From an uncultured Nitrososphaerota archaeon (GTDB taxonomy: Archaea; Thermoproteota; Nitrososphaeria; Nitrososphaerales; Nitrosopumilaceae), in contig OY969559.1 in NCBI GenBank assembly GCA_963701075.1, forward strand, positions 576,001 through 640,000: DNA of 64,000 nucleotides, given 5' to 3'. Position numbers and translations under genes: made by a program. Below are positions 10,747-21,067 of the stretch, piece after piece (the stretch's first letter is position 1; the number at the start of each line of letters is the position of its first letter). The notes under the pieces were generated by a model, which saw nothing but the letters and a program-made list of their open reading frames with translations, ran no database searches and was not told the origin of the DNA.

Positions 10747-10789
10747 ATCTTGTCTATTGATGAACGGATAATAAATATTAAAACAAACT

Positions 10790-11530
10790 CTATTCCCTGA
10801 CTAACTCTTGAAGATCTCCAAATGAAATCTCTTGGAATCCCTTTATCGGCTCTGAGGTGGTATAGAGTTGACGTCTGTCCTTTGACGCAAGCCACTCCAA
10901 AAGAGATCTTGCTTTTCTAAGTTTTTGCAGTTTTACCGCCCTATTGTATTTCCCTTCCTTGGAGTACATCCCTATCTTGTACCCAAAATCCATGCCAAAC
11001 AAGATTATTCTTTTTGCTCCAAAATATCTAGCAAGAAAGACACATCTATCGCCATCTGTGAATCCGCCAAAGTTTCTTATCTTGTCAAATGGCCTTCCTT
11101 CTGTTGTACCTATACAGTTTCTAAACAGTGAAGCAATGGGAAGTATCCCGATATTATCTCCATGAGAATGTACTACCATTATAGCATTCATTTTAGAAGC
11201 TTTTTTGAGATATTCTAAATTCCCATCAAGGTCAGTTACTACTATGTCAGGTCTAATTCCATTTTCAATTAAAGCTCTTGTAGCGCCATCTGCAACAATC
11301 TTTGTTGCCTTTTTGAACTTCTTAATGGATGGAATCGATGAAGAAAGTGATGGTCCGGCCCCAATAACGAACACTACCTTGTTTTTTATCTCACGTTCTA
11401 ACTTATTCAAAGGAACCCTAGTTCTAACAAGTAAGTTTAGGAGATTGGCTGCAAATGTGTCATCTTTTTTGTCAAAATTGAATTCACGCAAAATCTCTCT
11501 ATACTTTTGTTCCCATCCGCATAACTTCAT
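10790..11530 (-). CDS. mptE: 6-hydroxymethyl-7,8-dihydropterin pyrophosphokinase (DUF115/MptE)
   Basis: GAGPSL, ADGA, VTDLDG, HSHGDN, GGFTDGDR, GMDF; divergent from folP. Confidence 0.88.
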   Translation of the reverse strand: MKLCGWEQKYREILREFNFDKKDDTFAANLLNLLVRTRVPLNKLEREIKNKVVFVIGAGPSLSSSIPSIKKFKKATKIVADGATRALIENGIRPDIVVTDLDGNLEYLKKASKMNAIMVVHSHGDNIGILPIASLFRNCIGTTEGRPFDKIRNFGGFTDGDRCVFLARYFGAKRIILFGMDFGYKIGMYSKEGKYNRAVKLQKLRKARSLLEWLASKDRRQLYTTSEPIKGFQEISFGDLQELVRE

Positions 11531-11566
11531 GTAAGTCTAAATGTACATGAGCTAATCATAAACCAT

Positions 11567-12442
11567 ATGAACAAACTTGGTTCTGTACCTGTAGGGAATT
11601 CAAACCCCCCAAGAATAATGGGCATAATTAATGTAAGTCCAGAATCGTTTTACAAAAAATCAGTATACACAGAACCAAAAGAGATTGCTAAAATTGCAAA
11701 GCAGATAGAAGAAGATGGTGCAGATTTCATTGACATAGGGGGCATGTCTACCGCTCCATACCTGAAGACTCGGGTGACAGAAAAGACCGAGATTGATAGG
11801 ATCACAAAGGCAATTTCTGCTGTCCAAAAGATCTCCAAACTACCAATCTCGGTAGATACTTGCAGAGCAAATGTTGCCAAGAAAGCCTTTGAACTAGGCG
11901 TTGAAATTCTAAATGATGTTACAGGATTACAGTATGATCAGAACATGACAGTTATACTGGAAGAATACTGTCCATCAGTCATAGTTTGCGCTTTTAGTAA
12001 ACAGACAATAACAGGAAATCAAGTAACGCAGACAAGAAATCTACTTGCAAAAAGCATATCGATCGCAGAAAAATCTGGAATATCAAAAAGCAAGATTGTA
12101 GTAGACCCAGCAATAGGATTTTTTAGAAAAAATGCCAAGGGAATACTGTTCACTAAAATAAATTCAGATTGGCTCAAAAGAGACATTGACATTATTCAAA
12201 ATCTTTCATCGATCAAACTTGGATGTCCTCTTCTTGTTTCCGTTTCAAGAAAGTCCTTCATAGGATCTTTGTTAAATGAGAAAGATCCTGACAAGAGACT
12301 TTATGGATCTCTTGCAGCAGAAACCATTGCAGTTCTAAACGGAGCAAACATTGTCAGAACTCATAATGTTAAAGCAACTTGTGATGCAATAGAAATTGCA
12401 AAAAATCTGTCTGACCCAAGAAAGGCTTATAACAGATTGTAA
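11567..12442 (+). CDS. folP: Dihydropteroate synthase
   Basis: MGIINVSPESF, DIGGMST, ISVDT, SRKSF, RTHNV. Confidence 0.94.
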   Translation: MNKLGSVPVGNSNPPRIMGIINVSPESFYKKSVYTEPKEIAKIAKQIEEDGADFIDIGGMSTAPYLKTRVTEKTEIDRITKAISAVQKISKLPISVDTCRANVAKKAFELGVEILNDVTGLQYDQNMTVILEEYCPSVIVCAFSKQTITGNQVTQTRNLLAKSISIAEKSGISKSKIVVDPAIGFFRKNAKGILFTKINSDWLKRDIDIIQNLSSIKLGCPLLVSVSRKSFIGSLLNEKDPDKRLYGSLAAETIAVLNGANIVRTHNVKATCDAIEIAKNLSDPRKAYNRL

Positions 12443-12462
12443 ATCTAATCAAGAAGGTTTCA

Positions 12463-13902
12463 TTGGATATAAGGGAAGGATTGACTTTCGACGATGTACT
12501 CCTTGTCCCCAAACACTCCAATGTGGCTACTAGATCACAAACTAATTTACAAACAAAACTCTCACGAAATATTTCACTCAATATTCCTATCATCAGCGCT
12601 AACATGGACACAGTAACCGAGTCTCCAATGGCAGTAGCAATGGCAAGAGAGGGTGGTATAGGAATAATACACAGATTTCTTACAATATCTGAACAAGTCA
12701 CCGAAGTACTCAAGGTCAAGCGTTCCGGCAGCATCTTGATTGAAAACCCATACACCATAGGGCCCAACCAAACTGTTCGGGAAGCAATTGAATACATGCG
12801 AGAAAAAGGCGTCTCCGGTCTACTTGTAACAGATCCTCAAGGCAAGCTGGTAGGGATATTGACAAGAAGAGATATTGTAATGCTGGAATCGGCAGACGAA
12901 ACAAAACAAGTAAAGGAAGTGATGACAAGCGATGTAATCACTGCTAGGTCAGGAGTAGGTGTACCGGAAGCCAAAGACCTCCTAAGGAAAAACTGCATAG
13001 AAAAATTACCGCTTCTAGATGAGCGAGGAAATGTGAAGGGACTGATAACAAGTAAAGACATCATAAATGCTGGAAATTATCCACATGCCTCTAAGGACAA
13101 GAAGGGAAGGCCCTTGGTAGGGGCAGCAGTAGGAGTAAAGGGCGATTTTATGGAAAGAACTGAAGCATTGCTTGATGCTGGCACAGACGTAATTGTAGTT
13201 GACATCGCTCATGGTCATAGTGATAATGCACTCAATACAGTACGATTAATCAAGAAAGCATTTCCAAACTGTGAGCTTATTGCAGGAAACGTTGCAACGG
13301 CTCGCGGAGCTGAAGACCTTATAAAAGCAGGTGTTGATGCAATAAAAGTCGGAGTAGGTTCTGGTTCAATCTGTATTACAAGAGTAATTACTGGTTCTGG
13401 TGTGCCACAACTCACAGCTGTTGTAGACTGTGCCCAAATCGGCAAAAAATATGATATTCCAATAATTTCCGATGGTGGAGTTAGAAATTCAGGTGACGCA
13501 ACAAAGGCACTAGCAGCAGGAGCATCAACTGTAATGGTAGGAAGTTTGCTTGGAGGAACCGATGAAAGCCCGGGCTCGTATGTCATGAAAAATGGCAAGC
13601 GATACAAGATCTACCGAGGAATGGCTTCCTTTTATGCGGCACTTGGTAGAAAGGCAAAAGAAACAGGTACAGCAGCCATGAGTGAAGACCTTAATGATTA
13701 CGTAGCTGAGGGTGTTGAAGCAATGGTTCCATACAAAGGCACTGTTGTGGATATAATAAAACAACTTACTGGTGGCATACGATCAGGCCTGAGCTACTGT
13801 GGAGCAAACACAATACCACAAATGCAACAAAACGCGGAATTTATAAAAATGTCAACTGCCGGCTATGCAGAAAGCCAGCCTCATGACGTAGAATTGATGT
13901 AA
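12463..13902 (+). CDS. guaB: IMP dehydrogenase with CBS pair
   Basis: LTFDDVLLVP, SANMDTVT, GVGSGSICIT, YRGMAS. Confidence 0.98.
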   Translation: MDIREGLTFDDVLLVPKHSNVATRSQTNLQTKLSRNISLNIPIISANMDTVTESPMAVAMAREGGIGIIHRFLTISEQVTEVLKVKRSGSILIENPYTIGPNQTVREAIEYMREKGVSGLLVTDPQGKLVGILTRRDIVMLESADETKQVKEVMTSDVITARSGVGVPEAKDLLRKNCIEKLPLLDERGNVKGLITSKDIINAGNYPHASKDKKGRPLVGAAVGVKGDFMERTEALLDAGTDVIVVDIAHGHSDNALNTVRLIKKAFPNCELIAGNVATARGAEDLIKAGVDAIKVGVGSGSICITRVITGSGVPQLTAVVDCAQIGKKYDIPIISDGGVRNSGDATKALAAGASTVMVGSLLGGTDESPGSYVMKNGKRYKIYRGMASFYAALGRKAKETGTAAMSEDLNDYVAEGVEAMVPYKGTVVDIIKQLTGGIRSGLSYCGANTIPQMQQNAEFIKMSTAGYAESQPHDVELM

Positions 13903-13940
13903 TTCACTTTTAAATATGGTATGAGATTTAGTTTTGGTCA

Positions 13941-14405
13941 GTGCTAACAAAAAGAACCGCAATAGGAATTGGTATAGGGGCGCTTGGAATTGTATTGGGA
14001 TCTTTCTTCTTGATAGAATCAATCATATCAAATGTTAATCCAGTAAACGACACTGTTGATATTGCTAAAAGTGATGTGTTTCAATTTAACGCACAGAAAC
14101 ATTTTCATGAATTACTTAATGTTACAGGAAGTTCTTTTCATGTAACCCTGCAGACGCCATCCAACGGATTGCAAATAGACAAAGATTTTCAAAACGAGGT
14201 AAGCTTTGATTGGTTTAGTCTTCAGGATGGGATACATTTTATCAACATAACAAATACGGGCAATTCTACCTTACATGTTACTGGACAGTTACAGGCTCTT
14301 CAGAATCCATTGATCTTCATGTCGCACCTAATTGTAATATCGTCAGGAATTCTAATAGTTGGAATCAGTGCTGCCTTTTCAGTTCGAAAGCCTCGAGGCT
14401 TTTAG
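13941..14405 (+). CDS. Hypothetical membrane-anchored protein
   Basis: Hydrophobic helices at both termini. Confidence 0.7.
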   Translation: MLTKRTAIGIGIGALGIVLGSFFLIESIISNVNPVNDTVDIAKSDVFQFNAQKHFHELLNVTGSSFHVTLQTPSNGLQIDKDFQNEVSFDWFSLQDGIHFINITNTGNSTLHVTGQLQALQNPLIFMSHLIVISSGILIVGISAAFSVRKPRGF

Positions 14406-15217
14406 TCAAGCTCAGCCCTTGGATAAGAGCCAAGAATCTTTAGAAAGACCGTATTTGGTTTGATTTTTTCAAGAGCATCCTGGATATTTTTATCATTTTG
14501 ATTCCCCTCAAAATCAACATAAAAGTTGTATTCCCACGGTGTGGCTTTTGTGGGACGAGATTCAATTTTTGTAAGATTTATCTTGTTTATGTGGAATTTT
14601 TCAAGTACGCTATAAAGTGCACCTGGAACATGTTTTATTGAAAAAATTATGGACGTCTTATCCTTTGACGTTCTTTCTTGTTTTCTATTTGAGAGAACCA
14701 AGAATCTGGTATAATTGTTAATGTTGTCTTCTATTCCTTCCATTATGATAGGGGCTTTGTAGATTTCAGCTGCTCTTCTACTTGCTATGCATGATATGTT
14801 CTCCTTTTTTAGCTCTAGGAGAATCTTGACACTTCCTGCTGTGTCATAAGTGGGTATGGCTTTGAGATGATGATCCTGAATGAATTTTCTGCACTGACCT
14901 AGTGCCTGTGGATGCGAATAAACAGTATCAATTTTTCCAAGGTCTTGAAAACCAATGAGGCAATGCTTTATTCTGTGATAAATCTCTCCTGTTACATTAA
15001 GATTGGTTGTCAATAACAAGTCATTACTTTCTCCTACTATACCTTCAAGAGAGTTTTCAACAGGCAGTACCGCATAGTCTGATTTGCCACTCTCTGTAGA
15101 TTCTAAAACTTCATGAAACGTGGAATATGGAATAGTTTCAATCAAATCTTTGAAAAAGGCCATGGCAGCAGCTTCACTATAAGCACCATGTTCTCCTTGA
15201 AATGCCACTTTGAGCAT
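14402..15217 (-). CDS. pheA: Prephenate dehydratase
   Basis: QGEHGAYSE, PVENS, SHPQALGQC, TRF, ESRP. Confidence 0.96.
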   Translation of the reverse strand: MLKVAFQGEHGAYSEAAAMAFFKDLIETIPYSTFHEVLESTESGKSDYAVLPVENSLEGIVGESNDLLLTTNLNVTGEIYHRIKHCLIGFQDLGKIDTVYSHPQALGQCRKFIQDHHLKAIPTYDTAGSVKILLELKKENISCIASRRAAEIYKAPIIMEGIEDNINNYTRFLVLSNRKQERTSKDKTSIIFSIKHVPGALYSVLEKFHINKINLTKIESRPTKATPWEYNFYVDFEGNQNDKNIQDALEKIKPNTVFLKILGSYPRAELD

Positions 15218-15221
15218 ATTC

Positions 15222-15776
15222 TTAGTTGGAATCGAATTTTATAAAATCGCTGTTTCCGAATTTAGTTGATAGTTTTCTCTCTTCTATATAACCACAATCA
15301 ACACATTTTACATTGCTGCCAAGCGGCACTATGTTGCCAGCACATTTGTTGCATATTGAGAACAAGACTCCAAGTTCCGGTTCTCCAATTGTGGCATGAA
15401 TTACGCCATTTAGCAAATTGATTACCTTAGCCATTACGATGTCGCTTACTCTTACAAGAATTCTCTTCTTTGCACCTCTTGCTTGGCAAATAACTTCAAG
15501 ACCCGAGTGGGTAGGCTTGCCATTTATGTACAATATGTTTATTGCAAACATGTTATTCATCAACGCCGATATGTTCCCTACTATGACATCACCTTTCTTT
15601 GGAACTGCAGGTGTTTTGATCTCATTAATTTTGGCTATGCGATTTGTTTTATCAAATTCTGGCATACCTACTACTGACGACCTTATCGAATGTCCATCAT
15701 CAAATGTATTCTGACCGGTCTCAAATTCCTCGATTATTGCAATTTTGTCTCCTGGAAGAGCTTGTTTACTAGACAA
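15222..15776 (-). CDS. csl4: Exosome RNA-binding subunit Csl4
   Basis: PGD start, S1 domain, LGV..CxxC..CxxCG..ERK zinc ribbon. Confidence 0.88.
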   Translation of the reverse strand: MSSKQALPGDKIAIIEEFETGQNTFDDGHSIRSSVVGMPEFDKTNRIAKINEIKTPAVPKKGDVIVGNISALMNNMFAINILYINGKPTHSGLEVICQARGAKKRILVRVSDIVMAKVINLLNGVIHATIGEPELGVLFSICNKCAGNIVPLGSNVKCVDCGYIEERKLSTKFGNSDFIKFDSN

Positions 15777-15851
15777 TAGTGTGAATTGAGGTTCCGATGA
15801 TTATAATTGTTTATGCCTGGAGATCTAAAATCTTTCACATGTAAATTGCAT

Positions 15852-16847
15852 CTAAAGCCAATGAGGAACCTGAAGAAAACTATCCATGTTTTCCTTTTTC
15901 AGTATCTTGATTAATGCATTAGCCTGAGGAGTAGACAAGACGGGCTTATGAAAATGATTGTCAGTTGAAATTCTCGGACAAGCTACTTGTATGAAGGAAT
16001 CTATTCCTTTCAAATTACGAAGCTTATCATCTGTTACCTCAGTCAGAGCAAAGAGCTGAACCTTTTTTCCTAGATTTTCTAGTTCTTTTTTGAATTTGAG
16101 AGCAGTAGTCTTTGAGAACTGACCTTCCTTTAGACCTACAATAATTCCAAATGATTCCGACTCGGCTGCCTTGTATACAGAAAGTATGGCCTTTTTCTGA
16201 AGTTTTTGAGCAAACTCTGTGACCTCCCTTATCTCGTTAAAATATGGATCAAGAACATATGTTGGTATATTTGTCGATAATGCAATTCCAGCTGCATGAA
16301 AATTACTTTGGCCCAAGAATACATTGGCATCTACATTGTATCTTGTCTCCATTACAGGATAAAACTCACATCCAAAGACCTGTCCGTCATTTAGTTGGCC
16401 TTTTCCCTTTCCTATCATAACTTTAACTCCGCCTTCCTCGAGTATGCCCTTCACTTTTTCTACCTCATGGAGGTGTTGGCTATCTGTAACTAGCGATACT
16501 GTTTTTCCTTTAAACTCTTCAGCACATTTTTTTGCTATATTTTCAAATGAGATATTGTCAAATGCGTCTACTAGAACTATGCTATCTCCAAAAGTAGTAG
16601 AATTTATGGTGTGGCCTATGTGGAAGAGAATCTCTGCACCTAGGACCTTTGCTCCATTTGTATTCATATCACACGTTCCAAAACAACTGTCTGCAAGAAC
16701 ATAAGCTGGAATGCCATAGATTTGCATTATCTTGGATGCGGTCTCTTGTATTTTTGGCAAAATTCCATCCGGTCCATTCAAAGCTACTGACACAGGTTTT
16801 CTTCTCTGAATTTCATCGAAGATCCTCTTTTCATCTATTACTATCAA
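15852..16847 (-). CDS. dph2: Diphthamide biosynthesis Fe-S enzyme
   Basis: CFGTCD, HIGH, GQVFGCEF, ACPR. Confidence 0.92.
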   Translation of the reverse strand: MIVIDEKRIFDEIQRRKPVSVALNGPDGILPKIQETASKIMQIYGIPAYVLADSCFGTCDMNTNGAKVLGAEILFHIGHTINSTTFGDSIVLVDAFDNISFENIAKKCAEEFKGKTVSLVTDSQHLHEVEKVKGILEEGGVKVMIGKGKGQLNDGQVFGCEFYPVMETRYNVDANVFLGQSNFHAAGIALSTNIPTYVLDPYFNEIREVTEFAQKLQKKAILSVYKAAESESFGIIVGLKEGQFSKTTALKFKKELENLGKKVQLFALTEVTDDKLRNLKGIDSFIQVACPRISTDNHFHKPVLSTPQANALIKILKKENMDSFLQVPHWL

Positions 16848-16930
16848 TCGTTATCTAGGATTATTTTTTTAATTTAAATCAAACGAATACACGCACAATA
16901 TTTAATATCGTAGATCTTCAAGAGCAACTG

Positions 16931-17161
16931 ATGTCTATCGCATTTGTATTGCTCAATGCAGAATTAGGAGCCGAAAATGAATTGCTCAACCAAGTCAAGT
17001 CTATTGAACATGTCAAGTACGTGTATGTTCTTTATGGTGCCTATGACCTAGTAGTTAAGATAGAAGCTCCTGATAGTGAGACGCTAAAAAAGACCATCTC
17101 AGGCCAGATAAGGCAACTCAAAAATGTGCGTTCAACTCTTACTATGACAGTTATAGAATGA
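16931..17161 (+). CDS. Lrp/AsnC ligand-binding-domain protein
   Basis: AFVLLN...GAYDLVVK...STLT pattern, no HTH. Confidence 0.85.
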   Translation: MSIAFVLLNAELGAENELLNQVKSIEHVKYVYVLYGAYDLVVKIEAPDSETLKKTISGQIRQLKNVRSTLTMTVIE

Positions 17162-18480
17162 AACAAAGCATACTTCATGTGGGTTTTGACGACACGGATT
17201 CCAGAAATGGAATGTGCACAACATTTCTTGCCTATAAAATTGTAGAGTATCTTAGAAAGGAAAAAGTCAAGTTTCTAGATTACCCATATTTGATTAGATT
17301 CAATCCAAATATTCCATGGAAGACTCGAGGTAATGGTGCAGTAGCGCTCAAAATTCAAACCAAGACCCCCAATTTAGTCAAGAAAGACATAATCAATTTT
17401 GTAAAAAGATATTCCGCTATACGAGACGGAGCAAATCCTGGGCTTGTTTTTTACGAAAATAATGATATTCCAAAAGAATTTTCTGATTTTGGCAAGATGG
17501 CACTATGTACTCTTGTAAACAGAAACAAGGCAAAGGAATTTGCAATACAAAATAACATTGAGACATTCTATCTGGGAAATGGCCAGGGATTAGTAGGTGC
17601 AATAGGTGCCATAGGTTACAATTTTCGTGATCATACCTTTGAATTGATTTCATATAGGCATAAATCAAATTTTGGAAAGAAGAGACTGATCTACAAAGAC
17701 AGTGTAAAGAAAATGCAAGAAACAACTTTTCCAAAAACATTCAACAGCTATGATGATTCTAAAAATCGTACTCTCATAGCTCCTCACGGTCCTGATCCGG
17801 TCTTTTTCGGAGTACGTGGAGAAGATGTACAAACTGTTGTTAGAGGCGCATCTCTTGTAAAATCGCCGGAAAAGTTCTCTGGATACATGGTTTTTCGTTC
17901 AAATCAGGGAACAGGTGATCATTTACAAAACGAACTAGATGTTAACAATCTTAGGCCATTTTCTTCAGGTTATATGGTTGGTCATGTAATTGAAACGCCT
18001 AAAATTAAGATGGGCGGTCACGTAATGTTTGCAATCTCAAAATCTGGTAAAAAGGCAAATTGTGCCGTCTATAAACCAACAGGCCTTACAGGTATTGCAT
18101 CAAGTTTAATCAAAGGAGATCTGATAAGGATTGGCGGGGGTATAAGAAAAGCCTCAAAGACCCACGGCAGAGTGCTTAATGTAGAGTTCATAGATGTTAT
18201 CAAACTTGCAAAAAATTCTGTACTGGTGAATCCTTTCTGTACTGGATGCATGAAACATATGAAATCAAGAGGAAAAGGCCAAGGCTACAAATGTGAAAAA
18301 TGTGGCCGAGCATCACAAAATAAAATACCCAAGAAAATTCCACGCAAGATAAAAGACCGACTTTATCTGCCTGTCCCATCAGCTCATAGACATCTGACAA
18401 GGCCACTGCAAAGAATTTCTAGATTCAACACAAAAATTGAATTTGATGGTTCAGAGAAATGGTTTTGTAATTCTATCTAA
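17158..18480 (+). CDS. tiaS: tRNA(Ile2) agmatidine synthetase
   Basis: GFDDTDS..GMCTT, NPNIPWKTRGN, PHGPDPV, SNQGTGDH, OB fold, zinc ribbon, RHLTRP. Confidence 0.95.
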   Translation: MKQSILHVGFDDTDSRNGMCTTFLAYKIVEYLRKEKVKFLDYPYLIRFNPNIPWKTRGNGAVALKIQTKTPNLVKKDIINFVKRYSAIRDGANPGLVFYENNDIPKEFSDFGKMALCTLVNRNKAKEFAIQNNIETFYLGNGQGLVGAIGAIGYNFRDHTFELISYRHKSNFGKKRLIYKDSVKKMQETTFPKTFNSYDDSKNRTLIAPHGPDPVFFGVRGEDVQTVVRGASLVKSPEKFSGYMVFRSNQGTGDHLQNELDVNNLRPFSSGYMVGHVIETPKIKMGGHVMFAISKSGKKANCAVYKPTGLTGIASSLIKGDLIRIGGGIRKASKTHGRVLNVEFIDVIKLAKNSVLVNPFCTGCMKHMKSRGKGQGYKCEKCGRASQNKIPKKIPRKIKDRLYLPVPSAHRHLTRPLQRISRFNTKIEFDGSEKWFCNSI

Positions 18481-18493
18481 TTTTTTTGAAGGA

Positions 18494-18598
18494 TAGCGGG
18501 GAGTAGATTTGAACTACTGACTTGCGGGTTTCTCATCCGGATTGATTATGAGCCCGCCGGGATGACTTAGCCCCAAGGTCTGGCTTCCCCACCCCGCT
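18494..18598 (-). tRNA. Initiator tRNA-Met (CAT) with two BHB introns (D-loop 18567-18579; canonical 37/38 at 18530-18546)
   Basis: A1:U72 acceptor AGCGGGG/CCCCGCT, anticodon stem GCGGG/CCCGC, T-loop TTCAAAT; both introns form bulge-helix-bulge motifs. Confidence 0.92.
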
Positions 18599-18680
18599 AA
18601 GTGAAAAGAGGTTTCAGGGTGATATATACGCTTTATCTGATTTTAGAAATAATTAATAGGATTTCAAAAGTGCCAGATCC

Positions 18681-19775
18681 GTGGACAAAAGAACTAGAAT
18701 TATAGGAATAGCTGCCGCAGTCGCTTTTTCAATTATTATTCTTACATCTCCTTCTAACTCGATTGTAATTCCATCACCAACTACAAGTCCTACTGGAACA
18801 GATGCAGTACAATTTGTTGCAACAAACTTGCAAAAACCATGGGACATGAGTTTTGGTGATAATAAAATATTCTTTACAGAAAAAATAGGAAAAATAAGAG
18901 TAATTGATAATGATACACTTGTAAATGAATCAGTAGCCGATCTTCAAGTTGCAGATGTTACAGATGCAGGTCTACTTGGAATAACATTAGACCCAGATTT
19001 TGAGAAGAATCATTTCATCTATGTGTATTATACATACCAAGAAGGCAATAATCTATGGAATAAGGTACTAAGAATTACCGAGTCCAACGATAAAATGGTA
19101 GATGAAAAGGTGATTTTGGATAAAATACCTGGGGCAGAATTCGATGATGGCGGAGTAATAAAATTTGGCCCTGACGAAAAATTATACATTGGTACAGGGG
19201 ATGCTACAAATCAAAACTCTGCCCAAGATTTGAAATCTCTTGCAGGTAAGATCCTAAGACTAAACGATGATGGTTCAATTCCGCAGGACAATCCCTTTCC
19301 AAATTCGCCGGTTTATTCTTATGGACACAGGAATCCTCAAGGGCTTGCTTGGGATGATAAGGGAAATTTGTATGAGACAGAGGAAGGACCAACAAGAAAT
19401 GATGAAATAAACCTAATAAAACCAGGACAAAATTATGGTTGGCCTAGCCAAGAATGTTCTGGCTCACAGCAGTATCAAGCGGCATTAGTTTGCTATAACC
19501 CAAGTATTGGCCCTGCTGGGATTACTTATTATTCCTCAGGCAAACTTGATATTAAAAACAGTCTTATCTTATCTACACTGCTTGGACAAAGTCTTTACGA
19601 ACTACCTGTTCAGAATGGTACCATACTTGAACAAAAAATCATATTGGACGGAGTAGGAAGAATTAGGGATGTCAGCGAAGGTCCAGATGGTTATCTATAC
19701 ATTCTCACATCAAACACAGATGGCATGGGTTTTCCCGACAAAAATGACGACAAACTTTTGAGGATTGTAAAATAA
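18681..19775 (+). CDS. PQQ-dependent glucose/sorbosone dehydrogenase-family protein
   Basis: N-terminal TM; LQKPW, GLLGITLDPDF, FGPD.KLY, GHRNPQG, DEIN, GRIRDV. Confidence 0.88.
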   Translation: MDKRTRIIGIAAAVAFSIIILTSPSNSIVIPSPTTSPTGTDAVQFVATNLQKPWDMSFGDNKIFFTEKIGKIRVIDNDTLVNESVADLQVADVTDAGLLGITLDPDFEKNHFIYVYYTYQEGNNLWNKVLRITESNDKMVDEKVILDKIPGAEFDDGGVIKFGPDEKLYIGTGDATNQNSAQDLKSLAGKILRLNDDGSIPQDNPFPNSPVYSYGHRNPQGLAWDDKGNLYETEEGPTRNDEINLIKPGQNYGWPSQECSGSQQYQAALVCYNPSIGPAGITYYSSGKLDIKNSLILSTLLGQSLYELPVQNGTILEQKIILDGVGRIRDVSEGPDGYLYILTSNTDGMGFPDKNDDKLLRIVK

Positions 19776-21029
19776 TTGACTGATTCATCCATCAAGAAAT
19801 TTCATGAAAAGAGCAGGGAGGAGAGAATCAAGGCAGTGAAATCCTTTGCCAGTCTTTCTAAAGAGGACATTGAAATCCTCAAAAGCAATGGCGGAATCTC
19901 ATTTGATGAAGCAAATCATATGGTGGAAAACGTAATCAGCACCTTGTCATTTCCACTTGGCATTGCAACTAATTTCAAGATAAATGGAAAAGACTACCTT
20001 GTTCCAATGGTGATTGAAGAGTCATCAGTTATTGCTGCTGCGTCCAAGGCAGCAAAGATAGCAAGAAAATATGGTGGTTTTACCATGGAGTCAGACGAAT
20101 CATACAGCATAGGGCAAGTTCAGATAGTAGATGTGGATGTGAAGTCGGCAATTCCCAAGGTGATGTGTGCTTCAGATAGGATACTTGAGCTTGCCAACTC
20201 AAAAAGTAAAACCTTATCCAAGATGGGTAAGGGTGCAAAGGAGATAACATGCAAGGAACTGAAAACAAAATCTGAAACCATGTTAATAGTTGAGATACTC
20301 ATTGATGCAGGAGATGCAATGGGAGCAAATGTAACCAATACAATGTGTGAAGGAATTGCTCCGTTAATAGAAAAACTTACAGGTGGAAGGGCACTTCTTA
20401 GAATTTTATCAAACTATTCCACAAGGAGACTTGTCAGAGGTAAAGCTATTTTTGATAAAGAAGAGATAGGTGGAGAACAAGTTGTTGATAATGTTATACT
20501 TGCATATGAATTTGCAGCAAATGATCCGTATAGAGCAGTCACTCATAATAAAGGAGTAATGAATGGAATTATTGCAGTTGCAAACTCTACAGGACAGGAT
20601 ACTAGAGCAATTGAAGCTGCATCGCATGCATACGCATCAAAAAATGGCAAGTATACTTCTTTGACAAGGTGGAAAAAAAACAAACAAGGTAATCTGGTAG
20701 GTGAGATTGAAATACCAATGCCTGTTGGAATTGTAGGCGGAATAGTAAATGTACATCCTATGATTAAGGTATGCATAAAGATTCTCGGTGTAAAATCAGC
20801 AAAGGAATTGGGATGTGTCATTGGGGCGGTTGGCCTTGCTCAAAACTTTAGTGCAATAAGAGCACTTGCCTCAGAGGGAATACAGAAAGGCCACATGAAA
20901 CTTCATGCAAAAAACATAGCAATAAGCGTCGGTGTACCAAAAAGCAAGATGAATGAGGTAGTAGCAAGTATGGTAAAAGAGGGTAACGTATCAGTTACTC
21001 GAGCCAAAGAAATCCTCAAGGAACTATAG
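19776..21029 (+). CDS. hmgA: HMG-CoA reductase, class II type
   Basis: ENVI, PMVIEESSV, DAMGAN, THNKG, GIQKGHM. Confidence 0.95.
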   Translation: MTDSSIKKFHEKSREERIKAVKSFASLSKEDIEILKSNGGISFDEANHMVENVISTLSFPLGIATNFKINGKDYLVPMVIEESSVIAAASKAAKIARKYGGFTMESDESYSIGQVQIVDVDVKSAIPKVMCASDRILELANSKSKTLSKMGKGAKEITCKELKTKSETMLIVEILIDAGDAMGANVTNTMCEGIAPLIEKLTGGRALLRILSNYSTRRLVRGKAIFDKEEIGGEQVVDNVILAYEFAANDPYRAVTHNKGVMNGIIAVANSTGQDTRAIEAASHAYASKNGKYTSLTRWKKNKQGNLVGEIEIPMPVGIVGGIVNVHPMIKVCIKILGVKSAKELGCVIGAVGLAQNFSAIRALASEGIQKGHMKLHAKNIAISVGVPKSKMNEVVASMVKEGNVSVTRAKEILKEL

Positions 21030-21067
21030 CGACTAGATATATATCCAAAAGGATTGGTAGGACTACG

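Noticed and set aside
18494-18598. tRNA-Ile2(CAT) as the substrate of adjacent tiaS
   Set aside because: A1:U72 and the GGG/CCC anticodon stem identify an initiator Met tRNA
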